The notes: generated by a model from the sequence alone, not told the origin. A stretch of 32,000 bases of DNA from Candidatus Saccharimonadota bacterium (GCF_029232205.1 NZ_CP107255.1:540001-572000), one strand, 5' to 3'; positions 1 to 8,411 are shown, counted from the first letter of the stretch. Numbers and translations: made by a program.

Positions 1-437
1 TGCACCCAGTCACGTATCTCGGCCTCAATCTCCTTCTGATCAGGAAACCTGTAAGCTGGAATACCGTAAGTAGATTCAACAACAAGTACATCTGCTGAGA
101 CAGGTTGAAAACCGTTAAGATAAGCTCTATCCCTCAAGGAAACGTCGCCAGTGTAAAGATACTTCCTCTCGTCCCCGAACCTTACAGCAGTGGAGCCAAG
201 AATATGGCCTGAAGGAATCAACTCGTAGGAAGAACTCTCAAAACTTTCAAACTCCTTGTCTGTACGGGCCTCCGCCAGCTTTCTCGTCAACTCCGATGCC
301 ACGACAGGGTTATCTCCCTGATGAACGTGATCCATGTGAGCATGAGAAACAATATTTACATCTCCAGAGGCCTTACGAGAATCAGCTACAACTTTTTCTT
401 CAAGATCAAAATGGATGCCGTCCTTCTCCCTGATCAT
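1..437 (-). CDS. MBL-fold metallo-hydrolase (beta-CASP / COG1236-like nuclease family), C-terminus cut by the window edge
   Basis: My own minus-strand translation from the ATG at 437-435 gives MIREKDGIHFDLEEKVVADSRKASGDVNIVSHAHMDHVHQGDNPVV...STYGIPAYRFPDQKEIEAEIRDWV. SHAHMDH is the HxHxDH zinc motif of the metallo-beta-lactamase fold. The frame stays open to position 1. This ORF is not in the supplied track. Confidence 0.7.
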   Translation of the reverse strand, partial: MIREKDGIHFDLEEKVVADSRKASGDVNIVSHAHMDHVHQGDNPVVASELTRKLAEARTDKEFESFESSSYELIPSGHILGSTAVRFGDERKYLYTGDVSLRDRAYLNGFQPVSADVLVVESTYGIPAYRFPDQKEIEAEIRDWV

Positions 438-548
438 CAATGTAACCAGTATAGAAGTCAAAATGTTTAAGCATGAAACAGAGACTTGGCCAAGGCCCCA
501 CTACCAGTTTTAAAGATTCAGCATCTAAACCTTTCCTACAGATTACAA

Positions 549-786
549 GGGGTCGTAGCTCAATTGGCAGAGCGTCCGCCTCCAGCGACTGCTGTAGCAG
601 GTCGACAGTACTTGATGGTTCAATGAACCATCTCCAGCTTGTTACGGTTTCTGGAGGAATGAGGCCTTTACCAAGGCTGATGATTAAATCTTAAGGTGCA
701 TTCTCTTCGGAATGCTCCGTGGTGATGGAACTTCCAGAAGTTCCGGAGATAGCGGAAGGTTGCAAGTTCAAGTCCTGCCGGCCCCA
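549..786 (+). tRNA. tRNA-Trp (anticodon CCA, 582-584) interrupted by a 165-nt intron (586-750) at the canonical 37/38 position
   Basis: The cloverleaf was folded by hand. The acceptor stem is GGGGTCG (549-555) paired with CGGCCCC (779-785), with one G-U pair, and the discriminator is A786. The D arm is GCTC/GAGC with an AATTGGCA loop. The anticodon stem is TCCGC (575-579) paired with GCGGA (752-756), and the anticodon loop is CT-CCA-G|intron|A. The T arm is GCAAG-TTCAAGT-CCTGC with one A.C mismatch. Both splice sites sit in 3-nt bulges (AG|C at 584-586 and AU|A at 749-751) flanking a 4-bp helix (580-583 with 745-748), which is a bulge-helix-bulge motif. No CCA is encoded. Confidence 0.85.
586..750 (+). 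ncRNA. tRNA-Trp intron with box C/D-like motifs (possible cis-acting 2'-O-methylation guide)
   Basis: There are three UGAUGR motifs (613-618 TGATGG, 678-683 TGATGA, 723-728 TGATGG). CTGGAGG (651-657) is complementary to exon bases 579-585. The G pairing with wobble C34 (582) lies 5 nt upstream of AUGA (659-662), a degenerate D'-like box. A 6-bp hairpin GCATTC/GAATGC lies at 698-715. No clean terminal CUGA box D was found. Confidence 0.35.
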
Positions 787-850
787 ACACTCTACTTCTA
801 CAGTTTTTTTCTACAGGCCTGAAATACGAGGATACAGCGGTCTTCTGTTA

Positions 851-860
851 ATTTTTAAAA
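851..860 (+). promoter_or_regulatory. TATA-like box (ATTTTTAAAA) about 28 bp upstream of the ATG at 884
   Basis: An AT-rich octamer sits at the distance expected for an archaeal TATA box driving a leaderless mRNA. Confidence 0.4.
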
Positions 861-883
861 GGATGTTAAGTCAATTCTTAGGT

Positions 884-1543
884 ATGACAGATAACGACGA
901 TCTTCTTGATGGCACAGTCGATGAAGTGAAGGACAAGATCGATGAAGCCACAGATCTCGATTACAGTTCTCTCCTCAGTTCAGAGGAGGAAGGTAAGGAC
1001 CGAAAAACCGTTAAAGAATACATTGAAAGTAAAATGAGCAATGACGAAGAAGACGATTCCGAAGAAGCTGAAGATGTCTCAGAGGAAGAAGTTCTCGAAG
1101 AGATAGAGAAAGAGACAGCAGGAGGAATCCTGGGAGGATACTCCAAGAACTCTATCTTTGCAGGAGGACTAATCCTAGGCCTTCTTGTAGGACTAGTAGC
1201 AATGGGCGTTTCAGGTATGGCAGGAGGACAGGATAAAGTCTCTCCTCAGACAGCACAGGATCGCGTCACACAGATTGTTGGAGAGCAAGTACAGCTCTCA
1301 AGCTTTGAGACAGAGCACGGCCTATACACATTCAACATCACAAGTTCAGGCCAGCAGGGTAATGAGACAGTTACCAGGACTCAGAGCTTCTACATGACTC
1401 TTGACGGCGATAAGATTATTCCAAAACAATCACCTCTTACAGGAAGCTCAATGGTTATCGACGTTGAGGATGCAATAAGTGCTGCTGAACAGCAGAGGAA
1501 TCAACCGACAACCAACCAGACAACAGGAAACACAACCCAGTAA
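884..1543 (+). CDS. Single-pass membrane protein with an acidic N-terminal tail; function unknown
   Basis: The track ORF 719-1543 overlaps the tRNA, so the start was moved to the ATG at 884 (alternative 863), placed behind the TATA-like box. One TM helix is present (IFAGGLILGLLVGLVAMGVSGMAGG). The N-terminus is extremely D/E-rich and the C-terminus is T/N/Q-rich. Confidence 0.6.
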   Translation: MTDNDDLLDGTVDEVKDKIDEATDLDYSSLLSSEEEGKDRKTVKEYIESKMSNDEEDDSEEAEDVSEEEVLEEIEKETAGGILGGYSKNSIFAGGLILGLLVGLVAMGVSGMAGGQDKVSPQTAQDRVTQIVGEQVQLSSFETEHGLYTFNITSSGQQGNETVTRTQSFYMTLDGDKIIPKQSPLTGSSMVIDVEDAISAAEQQRNQPTTNQTTGNTTQ

Positions 1544-1666
1544 ACCTGGGAAGTGACTTTTCCTCTTTTCCACCATATTTTCCCTCTCTTTCTTTACCCA
1601 GATTTTTAGGCCAACCAAAAAGTGCTTATAGATGAACTACAAGTAATGGTTAAAGGTGATTTTTCT

Positions 1667-2272
1667 ATGAGCAAGAAAAAAGGACTAATGAAACTACCGT
1701 ATGAATACGACGACCTAACCCCACATATCTCCAAACAGGTACTGGAATGGCACCACGACGTGCACCACCAGGGCTATGTCAACGGATGGAACAGTGCAGA
1801 AGAAAGACTTGAAGAACAGAGAGATCAAGATGATTACAGTTCAACAGGTTCAATCCTGAAAGACTTCACCCACAACCACTCAGGAACAGTACTACACAAC
1901 CTATTCTGGAAAAACATGAGCCCGAACGGCGGAGGAAGGCCTGAAGGAGCACTCATGGACAAAATAGAGGAAGACTTCGGAAGCTACGAAAACTGGAAGA
2001 AAGAATTCAAGGCAGCAGCATCCGCAGCAGGAGGATGGGCCCTACTTGTCTACATCCCAGCAGAAGACGAACTGCACAACGTAGTAGTCGACAAACACGA
2101 CAACCACGCCGTCTGGGGAGCACACCCTGTACTCGCAGTTGACGTATGGGAACACAGCTACTACCATGACTACGGTCCGGAAAGAGGAGAGTTCGTCGAC
2201 AACTTCTTCGAAGTAGTGGACTGGGAGCACCCACAGGAGAAATTCGAGGACCTATCACAGAGATTCGAGTAA
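1667..2272 (+). CDS. sod: Fe/Mn superoxide dismutase
   Basis: LPYEYDDLTPHISKQVLEWHHDVHHQGYVNGWN and DVWEHSYYHDYGPERGEFV are the canonical Fe/Mn-SOD metal-ligand regions. The start was set at the ATG at 1667, preceded by the Shine-Dalgarno-like AGGTGAT (1653-1659), instead of the track's GTG at 1622. Confidence 0.92.
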   Translation: MSKKKGLMKLPYEYDDLTPHISKQVLEWHHDVHHQGYVNGWNSAEERLEEQRDQDDYSSTGSILKDFTHNHSGTVLHNLFWKNMSPNGGGRPEGALMDKIEEDFGSYENWKKEFKAAASAAGGWALLVYIPAEDELHNVVVDKHDNHAVWGAHPVLAVDVWEHSYYHDYGPERGEFVDNFFEVVDWEHPQEKFEDLSQRFE

Positions 2273-2280
2273 AAAGGCCT

Positions 2281-2305
2281 CTCTTTTTTCTTCTTTCTTT
2301 TTTCA
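2281..2305 (+). terminator. Oligo-T tract downstream of sod (archaeal-type terminator)
   Basis: The sequence CTCTTTTTTCTTCTTTCTTTTTTC starts 9 nt after the sod stop codon. Confidence 0.4.
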
Positions 2306-2310
2306 TCAGA

Positions 2311-2317
2311 TTTAATT
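2311..2317 (+). promoter_or_regulatory. TATA-like box (TTTAATT) about 27 bp upstream of the ATG at 2341
   Basis: The position and composition fit a leaderless archaeal promoter. Confidence 0.4.
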
Positions 2318-2340
2318 CTCTTCACAAACAACTACTCTAC

Positions 2341-3567
2341 ATGAGTCTGGCTGACAAACTGAAGCAGAAAGTATTCGGCAAAGAAGAAATCGAGATAGAA
2401 TACACTGAAGCACCGGAAATATACAAAGATAGAAATCTGGCGGAAATCAAGAAGGCCAGAGACAGAGCCGACCAGCTGCGGGAAAGAACATCCAAGTACA
2501 TGCAGAGCCTGAAATCTGATCTTGAGGAGATGAAGGACTACAGCGACGACGAAGACCTGAAAGTAGTCGACGATGTAGCAGAAGACTTCGCACAGTCTCA
2601 GAAGCTGACAGTGAAAAAGGCCGAATTCTCAGAAAAAATCGATAAACACCTACAGGACCTCAGAGACTTTCTCAACGACTTCAACGACGTATCTGAAAAA
2701 CAGGGCCAGGTAATGAGAAGAATAAACAAGAGAACCAAACTTCTCAGCGTGCTTGAAGACATCAATGACCACGTAGAAAACACCCAGGAGTTTGTATCTT
2801 CAAAATACACTGCTGTAAGACAGTACCGTAAAATAAAGAAGCTCTCAGAAGAGCTGGAAGACATTGATACAGAAATAAAGGAAAAAAGAATGAGCAAAAA
2901 CGGCATCTCAATGGAAGGCCTCGAAGAGGAAAGAGAGGAGGCTGAAGAAAAAATTGAAGAGCTTAAAGACAGCGAAGAATGGGAAAAACTTCAGAGCAAA
3001 AAGGACAATCTTTCACAGCTGAAACAGGAAAAAGAAAATCTAGAATCCAAGATTTCCAAGAATATCTCAACGATGCGTAGAGGCCTGAAAAAGCTGGTCT
3101 ACCAGGTTCAGAACGATGAAATCGAGTTCGAATCCAACATTGACAAGCTTGACATGATCACAGAACACGAATACCAGGGAGCGGGAAATATTGATAAAGA
3201 ACTTTCTGAGGCCCGGAAGAAGATCAAGGAGAAAGAGCTGCTTGAACCTAGACAGATCCAGAACTTTGTAGACTCCTCAAAAGAACTTGAGGGCTTCAAT
3301 GAAATGATTACAAGGATGAGAGAGCTCAAGTCCGAGATCAAGGAACTTGAAGATGAGATTGAGGGAATGGAAGTCAAGGAAGAGGTTGAGGATCTTGAAA
3401 GAGATTTGAGAAATATCGAAGACAAGATTGAGAGAAAGAAGGAGAGAAAAGACAATCTCGAAAGCGATATTTTAGCTCTTGAAGCCGAGAGAAGTGAGAA
3501 AATTGAAATGCTGGAGGAAGAAATGAGTAAAGGCCTTAACGCAGAGGTAACTGTGAAAGAGGAATAG
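2341..3567 (+). CDS. Long coiled-coil protein (K/E/D-rich), function unknown
   Basis: The 408-aa ORF has heptad-like charged repeats throughout. No P-loop or other catalytic motif was seen. Confidence 0.6.
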   Translation: MSLADKLKQKVFGKEEIEIEYTEAPEIYKDRNLAEIKKARDRADQLRERTSKYMQSLKSDLEEMKDYSDDEDLKVVDDVAEDFAQSQKLTVKKAEFSEKIDKHLQDLRDFLNDFNDVSEKQGQVMRRINKRTKLLSVLEDINDHVENTQEFVSSKYTAVRQYRKIKKLSEELEDIDTEIKEKRMSKNGISMEGLEEEREEAEEKIEELKDSEEWEKLQSKKDNLSQLKQEKENLESKISKNISTMRRGLKKLVYQVQNDEIEFESNIDKLDMITEHEYQGAGNIDKELSEARKKIKEKELLEPRQIQNFVDSSKELEGFNEMITRMRELKSEIKELEDEIEGMEVKEEVEDLERDLRNIEDKIERKKERKDNLESDILALEAERSEKIEMLEEEMSKGLNAEVTVKEE

Positions 3568-3610
3568 GTTGGGCAAAAAGTATTTACCGGTAATTTCTGA
3601 AACTTTCTCT

Positions 3611-4171
3611 ATGAGGACTGTAATCGTAATAGGCGGAGGAGTCGCAGGGCTCCAGGCAGGAAGCTTCACAGCAAAAGCAGGAGAAGACACACTTGTACTT
3701 GACACAGGAGAATCACTGGTTCTGAACACTTCAAACATCCAGAACATGATCACACACGACTCAATCAGCGGCAAAGAAGTACTCAAAAGAGGAAAAGACA
3801 AACTAGAAGAATTCGACGGAGAATTCAAAGAAGAAAAAGTAGAGAAAGTAGAAAGAATCGACGAAGGCCTGAAAGTAACAACTTCAAAAGACGAATACAA
3901 AACAGAATACGTAATCGTGGCCTCAGCAGGAATACACGACTTCCTGGAAGACCTTGATCTGGATTATGTAGAGGGCCGCGACGATCCATACCTGATGGAC
4001 GAACACATCGACACAGACGAAGACAACAAGGCCGCAGACAGAGTATATGCAGCAGGCCTCGCACGTTACTGGGTACACCAGACCTCATTCGCAATCGGCG
4101 ACGGAACAAAGGCCGCAACCAACCTGATCAGCGAGATCAATGGAGAACCATACCAGGATCACGATATGTGA
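3611..4171 (+). CDS. Small FAD-binding oxidoreductase, thioredoxin-reductase-like but lacking the NADPH/CxxC domain
   Basis: The N-terminal VIVIGGGVAGLQAG is a GxGxxG dinucleotide fold. The C-terminal VYAAGLA...FAIGDGTKAA resembles the second FAD-binding segment of TrxR-type flavoproteins. The protein is only 186 aa. The start was set at the ATG at 3611 instead of the track's TTG at 3569. Confidence 0.65.
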   Translation: MRTVIVIGGGVAGLQAGSFTAKAGEDTLVLDTGESLVLNTSNIQNMITHDSISGKEVLKRGKDKLEEFDGEFKEEKVEKVERIDEGLKVTTSKDEYKTEYVIVASAGIHDFLEDLDLDYVEGRDDPYLMDEHIDTDEDNKAADRVYAAGLARYWVHQTSFAIGDGTKAATNLISEINGEPYQDHDM

Positions 4172-4174
4172 TCC

Positions 4175-4909
4175 CTAACCATCTACATTCTCAATTATTT
4201 CTTCCAATCCTTCCATTATTCTTGTAGAAGGCCTGTTCAACAGAGAATCATCGATAACAAACACGTTTCCTTCTTCAACAGCAGTGATGTCCTGCCACTC
4301 AGGCCTTTCCAAAACTTCAGATGCATCAACATTCTCTCCAGCACCACAGACATTCAGAAAAATATACTCTGGATCGAAGGCCTTCAACTTTTCTAAATCA
4401 AACTCTCTACTTCTCTCACCCTCCTCGATGAAGTACGTGCCGCCGGCTTTTTCAATGAGGCCTGGAATCCAGTTGCCGGAAACCATTGGAGGATCCATCC
4501 ACTCCTCACAGTAAATACGTGGAGAACCATCAAAATCAAGGCCTTCAAGCCTCTTCTCAAAATTCTCTAGAACTTTCTCAGCTTCCTGACGACTTTCCAA
4601 GGCCTTTCCAATCTCTCTGATGCTTTTCTTAACTTCTTCCAGTGTATGAGGCCTTACCTGCAAAACCTTGAAATCCTCATTCTCCATCTTTTCAACTGCT
4701 TCATCCTGAAGATCATCCGACGCAACCACGAAATCAGGTTCAAAATCTCTAATCTTCTCAATATCAGGATTGATCCATCCGCCAATACTCGGCTTTTCAG
4801 CAGCTTCCTCAGGGTAATCACAAAGAGAAGTCGTGGCCACTACATCCTCTCCAAGACCTAACTCATACAGTATTTCAGTATTTGATGGTGCCAGAGAAAC
4901 AATTCTCAT
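4175..4909 (-). CDS. BtuF/TroA-like (class III periplasmic-binding-protein fold) cobalamin/iron-complex binding protein, no signal peptide
   Basis: MRIVSLAPSNTEILYELGLGEDVVATT..CDYPEEA...PDFVVAS is typical of the BtuF-like binding protein family. The N-terminus starts directly in the first beta-strand. Confidence 0.7.
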   Translation of the reverse strand: MRIVSLAPSNTEILYELGLGEDVVATTSLCDYPEEAAEKPSIGGWINPDIEKIRDFEPDFVVASDDLQDEAVEKMENEDFKVLQVRPHTLEEVKKSIREIGKALESRQEAEKVLENFEKRLEGLDFDGSPRIYCEEWMDPPMVSGNWIPGLIEKAGGTYFIEEGERSREFDLEKLKAFDPEYIFLNVCGAGENVDASEVLERPEWQDITAVEEGNVFVIDDSLLNRPSTRIMEGLEEIIENVDG

Positions 4910-4912
4910 TGT

Positions 4913-6247
4913 TTAAATTAGGAATGGCAGCAACATGGCCATAAGAGAGATCGCTATCAGAGGCTTATTTTCAAGCATTTTTTCTGGTAATGGCCTTTCC
5001 TCAAATTCTTTTCTGAATTTTTCTAGGTTTTCCTGATTGTAGAAGTGTCGTTTACGAAGGAAGAATCTTTCGGTTTTGCTACATCCCGTGCATATGGGTT
5101 CTTCTTCAACTCTTTCCATTCTTGTGTGTAGCAGACAGTTAATACTTCCACAGTTTTCGCAAAATGTCAGATTTATTCCGGGAATATCTAGGCCACAGTG
5201 AACGCAGTTATGAACCTCATCTCTGTCAATCTTGTCTCCATCAGTTGAAACATAGAAGTCTTCCTTGTAGCTGTAATTCTTAATTTCTGTCTGTGTGCTG
5301 AGAAAAGGTACGTACACCGGAGTGATGCTTTCAACTGAAACATCGGAGTTCCTGGGCCTGCAGTCTTTACTGTATGTAACATTATTATCTCCAGTATACG
5401 TCACGGTTTCCTCATAACTGTCCTTTATGAACTCCTTAATTTCGTCCTTGTACTCCGTCTCTGTTTTGCCATAGCGTTTTAGTTCAAAGCTATCAAAAAC
5501 CTGTGAGGATTTCTCCTCATCTAACTCCACCGTGCCAGTGCGCGCCATCATTGACTGAGCGACGATATCCGATATTGTGCCATCATCAAACTCAGGACCT
5601 TTTCTATCTGCTTTTATCGTTATCTCATCCCTCTCATCAACCCTGTGTATTACTCCAACAGTTGTCTCAAAAGTTGCATTAGTAGAAACCCTCACATGTA
5701 AAGAAGGCAATAACTCTGCGTTAAGAGTAATATCATCTATATCTTCAGCATTGAAATTCCGAATATCACTAAACTTGTCCTTAACTCTTCTTTCAGCTTT
5801 ATCTCTCTCAGTAGGAAAATCTACCACTTCATCGCATAGCACCTCAATTTTACCACTGTATAGATCAAGGCCTATTTCCTCGCCCATTTCCCTTAAATCT
5901 TTACCGTTAGTTAACTCAAGAACACTATCTCCGTTATTAACCTTCTCAACATATTCGCGGGCCTGCTTTGTGAATCTGCCAGTTGTTACAAGAATTCCAG
6001 TAGCATCATTAGGATAAGTAGAAACCGCTGAGTGAAGCTTCTGCACCTTAGGCCTACCTACTTTAGCCATATGCTTACATTCAACCACGTAAGTCCTCCC
6101 ATCTTTCTCCATTAGAATATCTCGGCCCTCATCACCGGATTTACCTGGATTTCTGACGTTTTCATAACCGAGATTTCTGTAAACATCCATCATAACATCC
6201 TCAAAATCATAACCAGAAAGATCGTCCAAAATTCTCCGCGAACTCAT
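4913..6247 (-). CDS. Mrr-type restriction endonuclease domain protein with an unknown middle region, a Cys-rich zinc-ribbon region and a C-terminal TM anchor
   Basis: The N-terminus reads FEDVMMDVYRNLGYENV..GKSGDEGRDILMEKDGRTYVVECKHMAKVGRPKVQKLHSAV...GILVTTGRFTKQAREY, matching the Mrr_cat D...ExK core. Later comes CVHCGLDIPGINLTFCENCGSINCLLH...PICTGCSK. The terminal segment PLIAISLMAMLLPFLI is hydrophobic. Confidence 0.75.
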   Translation of the reverse strand: MSSRRILDDLSGYDFEDVMMDVYRNLGYENVRNPGKSGDEGRDILMEKDGRTYVVECKHMAKVGRPKVQKLHSAVSTYPNDATGILVTTGRFTKQAREYVEKVNNGDSVLELTNGKDLREMGEEIGLDLYSGKIEVLCDEVVDFPTERDKAERRVKDKFSDIRNFNAEDIDDITLNAELLPSLHVRVSTNATFETTVGVIHRVDERDEITIKADRKGPEFDDGTISDIVAQSMMARTGTVELDEEKSSQVFDSFELKRYGKTETEYKDEIKEFIKDSYEETVTYTGDNNVTYSKDCRPRNSDVSVESITPVYVPFLSTQTEIKNYSYKEDFYVSTDGDKIDRDEVHNCVHCGLDIPGINLTFCENCGSINCLLHTRMERVEEEPICTGCSKTERFFLRKRHFYNQENLEKFRKEFEERPLPEKMLENKPLIAISLMAMLLPFLI

Positions 6248-6418
6248 GGAAAATATTTCATCTAAAACAAATTTTTAGGGGTTTCGGTACCAAATTTTTG
6301 TGAATTATAGAAACTTCTTGAATGATCTAGGACGTCATGTTGCCAGTAAGTTACGCAGTAGCTACCGGCAGACTCTAGAGAAACGAGTTTTTTACATCTT
6401 GTTGCACAAACAATAGTT

Positions 6419-6748
6419 ATGAACTGTCCAACCGAGATCAAACAACTCTTGAAAGTACTCTACAACCTTTCATCATCAGAGACAGAGGTTCTCTACTACC
6501 TGTGCAGCAACGAGGCCCGGGCCTCGGAAATAGCGGATGAGCTGGGAAAGGATAGATCGACTATCCAGAGATATCTTTCAAAGCTGCAGAGCACAGGCCT
6601 TCTTCAGAGAGAAAGCATGGTTGAAGAGGGTAAGAGAGGCCGCTACTACGTGTACAGCGTTCCTGACAAGGAAAAACTCAAGGAGAAGGTCAGAGTTCGC
6701 ATGGATGAATGGGCCGATGAGAAGCTCGAGGTTCTGGAAGACATCTAA
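6419..6748 (+). CDS. Winged-helix transcriptional regulator (TrmB/MarR/ArsR-like)
   Basis: SETEVLYYLCSNEARASEIADELGKDRSTIQRYLSKLQSTGLLQRE...GRYYVYS forms an HTH plus wing pattern. A T-rich TATA-like element lies about 29 bp upstream of the ATG. Confidence 0.75.
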   Translation: MNCPTEIKQLLKVLYNLSSSETEVLYYLCSNEARASEIADELGKDRSTIQRYLSKLQSTGLLQRESMVEEGKRGRYYVYSVPDKEKLKEKVRVRMDEWADEKLEVLEDI

Positions 6749-6787
6749 CCCGAAACTGTATAAAAGTTCAACATTCTTACACAAAGT

Positions 6788-7030
6788 ATGACAACAGACA
6801 TAGAAGTATTCACAACACCTTCGTGCCCTTACTGCACGAAAATCAAACAGTGGCTGGATGAAAACGACTACGAGTACCAGGAGCACAACGTAGCCGACGA
6901 CAGGGAAAAGGCCCGCGAAATGATCAAGAAAACAGGTCAGAGAGGAGTCCCACAGACTTTTATCGGCGAGAAGGCCGTAATCGGTTTTCAGCCACACAAA
7001 ATCCAGGAAGCAATTGACGAAGAGGAATAA
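6788..7030 (+). CDS. Glutaredoxin
   Basis: It has the CPYC active site (TTPSCPYCTKIKQWL), a GVPQTFIG motif and a length of 80 aa. Confidence 0.85.
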   Translation: MTTDIEVFTTPSCPYCTKIKQWLDENDYEYQEHNVADDREKAREMIKKTGQRGVPQTFIGEKAVIGFQPHKIQEAIDEEE

Positions 7031-7057
7031 CTTCCTTCTTCATCTTTCCTGAGAAAA

Positions 7058-7390
7058 ATGAGACGCGTCACAGTCGAAGTATTCTACTCACAGACCTGTC
7101 CAAACTGCCCGCCGCAGAAAGAACTGGCCAAAAAATTCGAAGATGAGGAAAACGTCAGAGTGCGAATGACAGACGTAGCCAGGAAAAACGGTAGAGCCAA
7201 AAACCACGGTGTAAGAGCAGTACCCACAACAGTAGTCGACGGCCCGGGAATCCAGCAGAAAAAAGGATTCAAGGGAGTAATGGCAGAAGAAAAACTTGAA
7301 ACTGCTATAGAAGTGGCCAGAGGCGAGAAAGAACCTGAAGCACTGGAAAATCCGGGAATCCTGTCGGCAATCAGGGACAGAATCACCTGA
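7058..7390 (+). CDS. Thioredoxin-fold small redox protein (CPNC active site)
   Basis: VEVFYSQTCPNCPPQKELAKKF and a cis-Pro region (RAVPTTVVDG) are typical of archaeal glutaredoxin-like/thioredoxin proteins. Confidence 0.75.
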   Translation: MRRVTVEVFYSQTCPNCPPQKELAKKFEDEENVRVRMTDVARKNGRAKNHGVRAVPTTVVDGPGIQQKKGFKGVMAEEKLETAIEVARGEKEPEALENPGILSAIRDRIT

Positions 7391-7441
7391 TTTGAATAAT
7401 TTACCAGAGCCGATAAAAACCAGTAAAAAGAGGACTCAACT

Positions 7442-7864
7442 ATGGACGCAAACGTACACGCGGAGAGCAAGAATCCTACGAAAGTAGAAGTAAATGTAAG
7501 AGGCTACAGCTTCGAAATCGACGAACCAGAATCACACGGCGGAACAGGATCAGCACCAAACCCTGTAGAATACGAACTAGGCGCACTTACAGGATGCTTC
7601 AACGTAGTTGCACATGTAGTAGCAAAAGAAATGGGAGTCAACATTGAAAGCCTTGAAATCTACGCATCAGGAGAACTCAACCCTGCAAAATTCCAGGGAA
7701 AAGAAACAGAAGACAGAGCAGGATTCAAACACATCGAAATGAACATAGAAGTAGAATCAGACGCAGACGCAGAAACTGAAAGAGAACTTTTCGAAAAAGT
7801 AGAGGCCCGCTGCCCTGTAAGGGACAACATCAGCCACGAAACACCAGTCCAGCTCAACCTCTAA
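7442..7864 (+). CDS. OsmC/Ohr family peroxiredoxin-like protein
   Basis: GGTGSAPNPVEYELGALTGCF and ARCPV carry the two conserved Cys regions of the OsmC family. The length is 140 aa. Confidence 0.8.
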   Translation: MDANVHAESKNPTKVEVNVRGYSFEIDEPESHGGTGSAPNPVEYELGALTGCFNVVAHVVAKEMGVNIESLEIYASGELNPAKFQGKETEDRAGFKHIEMNIEVESDADAETERELFEKVEARCPVRDNISHETPVQLNL

Positions 7865-7876
7865 TCACATATTTCT

Positions 7877-8410
7877 TCATTTTATTTTACAGGCCTCAGG
7901 ATTTCCTGTTCTTACAACTAAACCTAGCAGGAGAACAACACCGCCAAGTCTTAGAAGAATACCTTCAAAAGGCAGTGAAGCAAGCACACTGCTGAAACCT
8001 AGCAGAGATAAAACTCCTACACCACAGGAAGCACAACCACCAGCAAGAAACCCTGGCAAAGCACCTATAGCATCATAACTCATTCTATCCATACTGAACT
8101 GAATAAAACTATTTGTCAAAGTTACTCCGGCCAGCAAAGAAAAACTCATGGTTAAAAATAGGCCTATATAACCAGTATTCATTAACAGGCCGGTAAATCT
8201 TGTCATAAAGGCTATACCCCAGTTGCTTACCCCGGAAAAAATCATTTGAGCAGAATAAGTAGGATTGGAGGAAAAAAGAGAAAGAAGAAAAATTGTTGAG
8301 GCACCTATAACTGTGCCTGCAGCTCTTCTTCTGCTTGAAACAGAGGCCTTTAAACCTGCCAGCAGATCTTTCTTCCAGTTGTAAGGGTTAACTGTAATTT
8401 CTACAGCCAT
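7877..8410 (-). CDS. Multi-pass membrane protein with an intramembrane CxxC (GGCASCGVGV); family not recognised
   Basis: About five hydrophobic helices are present. Its start codon lies 1 nt after the stop of the DsbA-like gene, so the two are probably co-transcribed. Confidence 0.6.
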   Translation of the reverse strand: MAVEITVNPYNWKKDLLAGLKASVSSRRRAAGTVIGASTIFLLSLFSSNPTYSAQMIFSGVSNWGIAFMTRFTGLLMNTGYIGLFLTMSFSLLAGVTLTNSFIQFSMDRMSYDAIGALPGFLAGGCASCGVGVLSLLGFSSVLASLPFEGILLRLGGVVLLLGLVVRTGNPEACKIK

Positions 8411-8411
8411 C

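Noticed and set aside
473-860. The track ORF 473-694 and the first ~50 codons of ORF 719-1543.
   Set aside because: Both run through the tRNA-Trp exons and intron (549-786). The translations are low-complexity with no motifs. The real CDS most likely starts at 884 (or 863), behind its own TATA-like box.
2598-3900. Ser-rich minus-strand ORFs opposite the coiled-coil gene (2598-2906, 3108-3455, 3472-3900).
   Set aside because: These are reverse-complement shadows of GAA/AAG-rich coding sequence and have no independent support.
6537-6997. The overlapping ORFs 6537-6791 (+) and 6578-6997 (-).
   Set aside because: They overlap the winged-helix regulator and glutaredoxin genes, both of which have clear family motifs.
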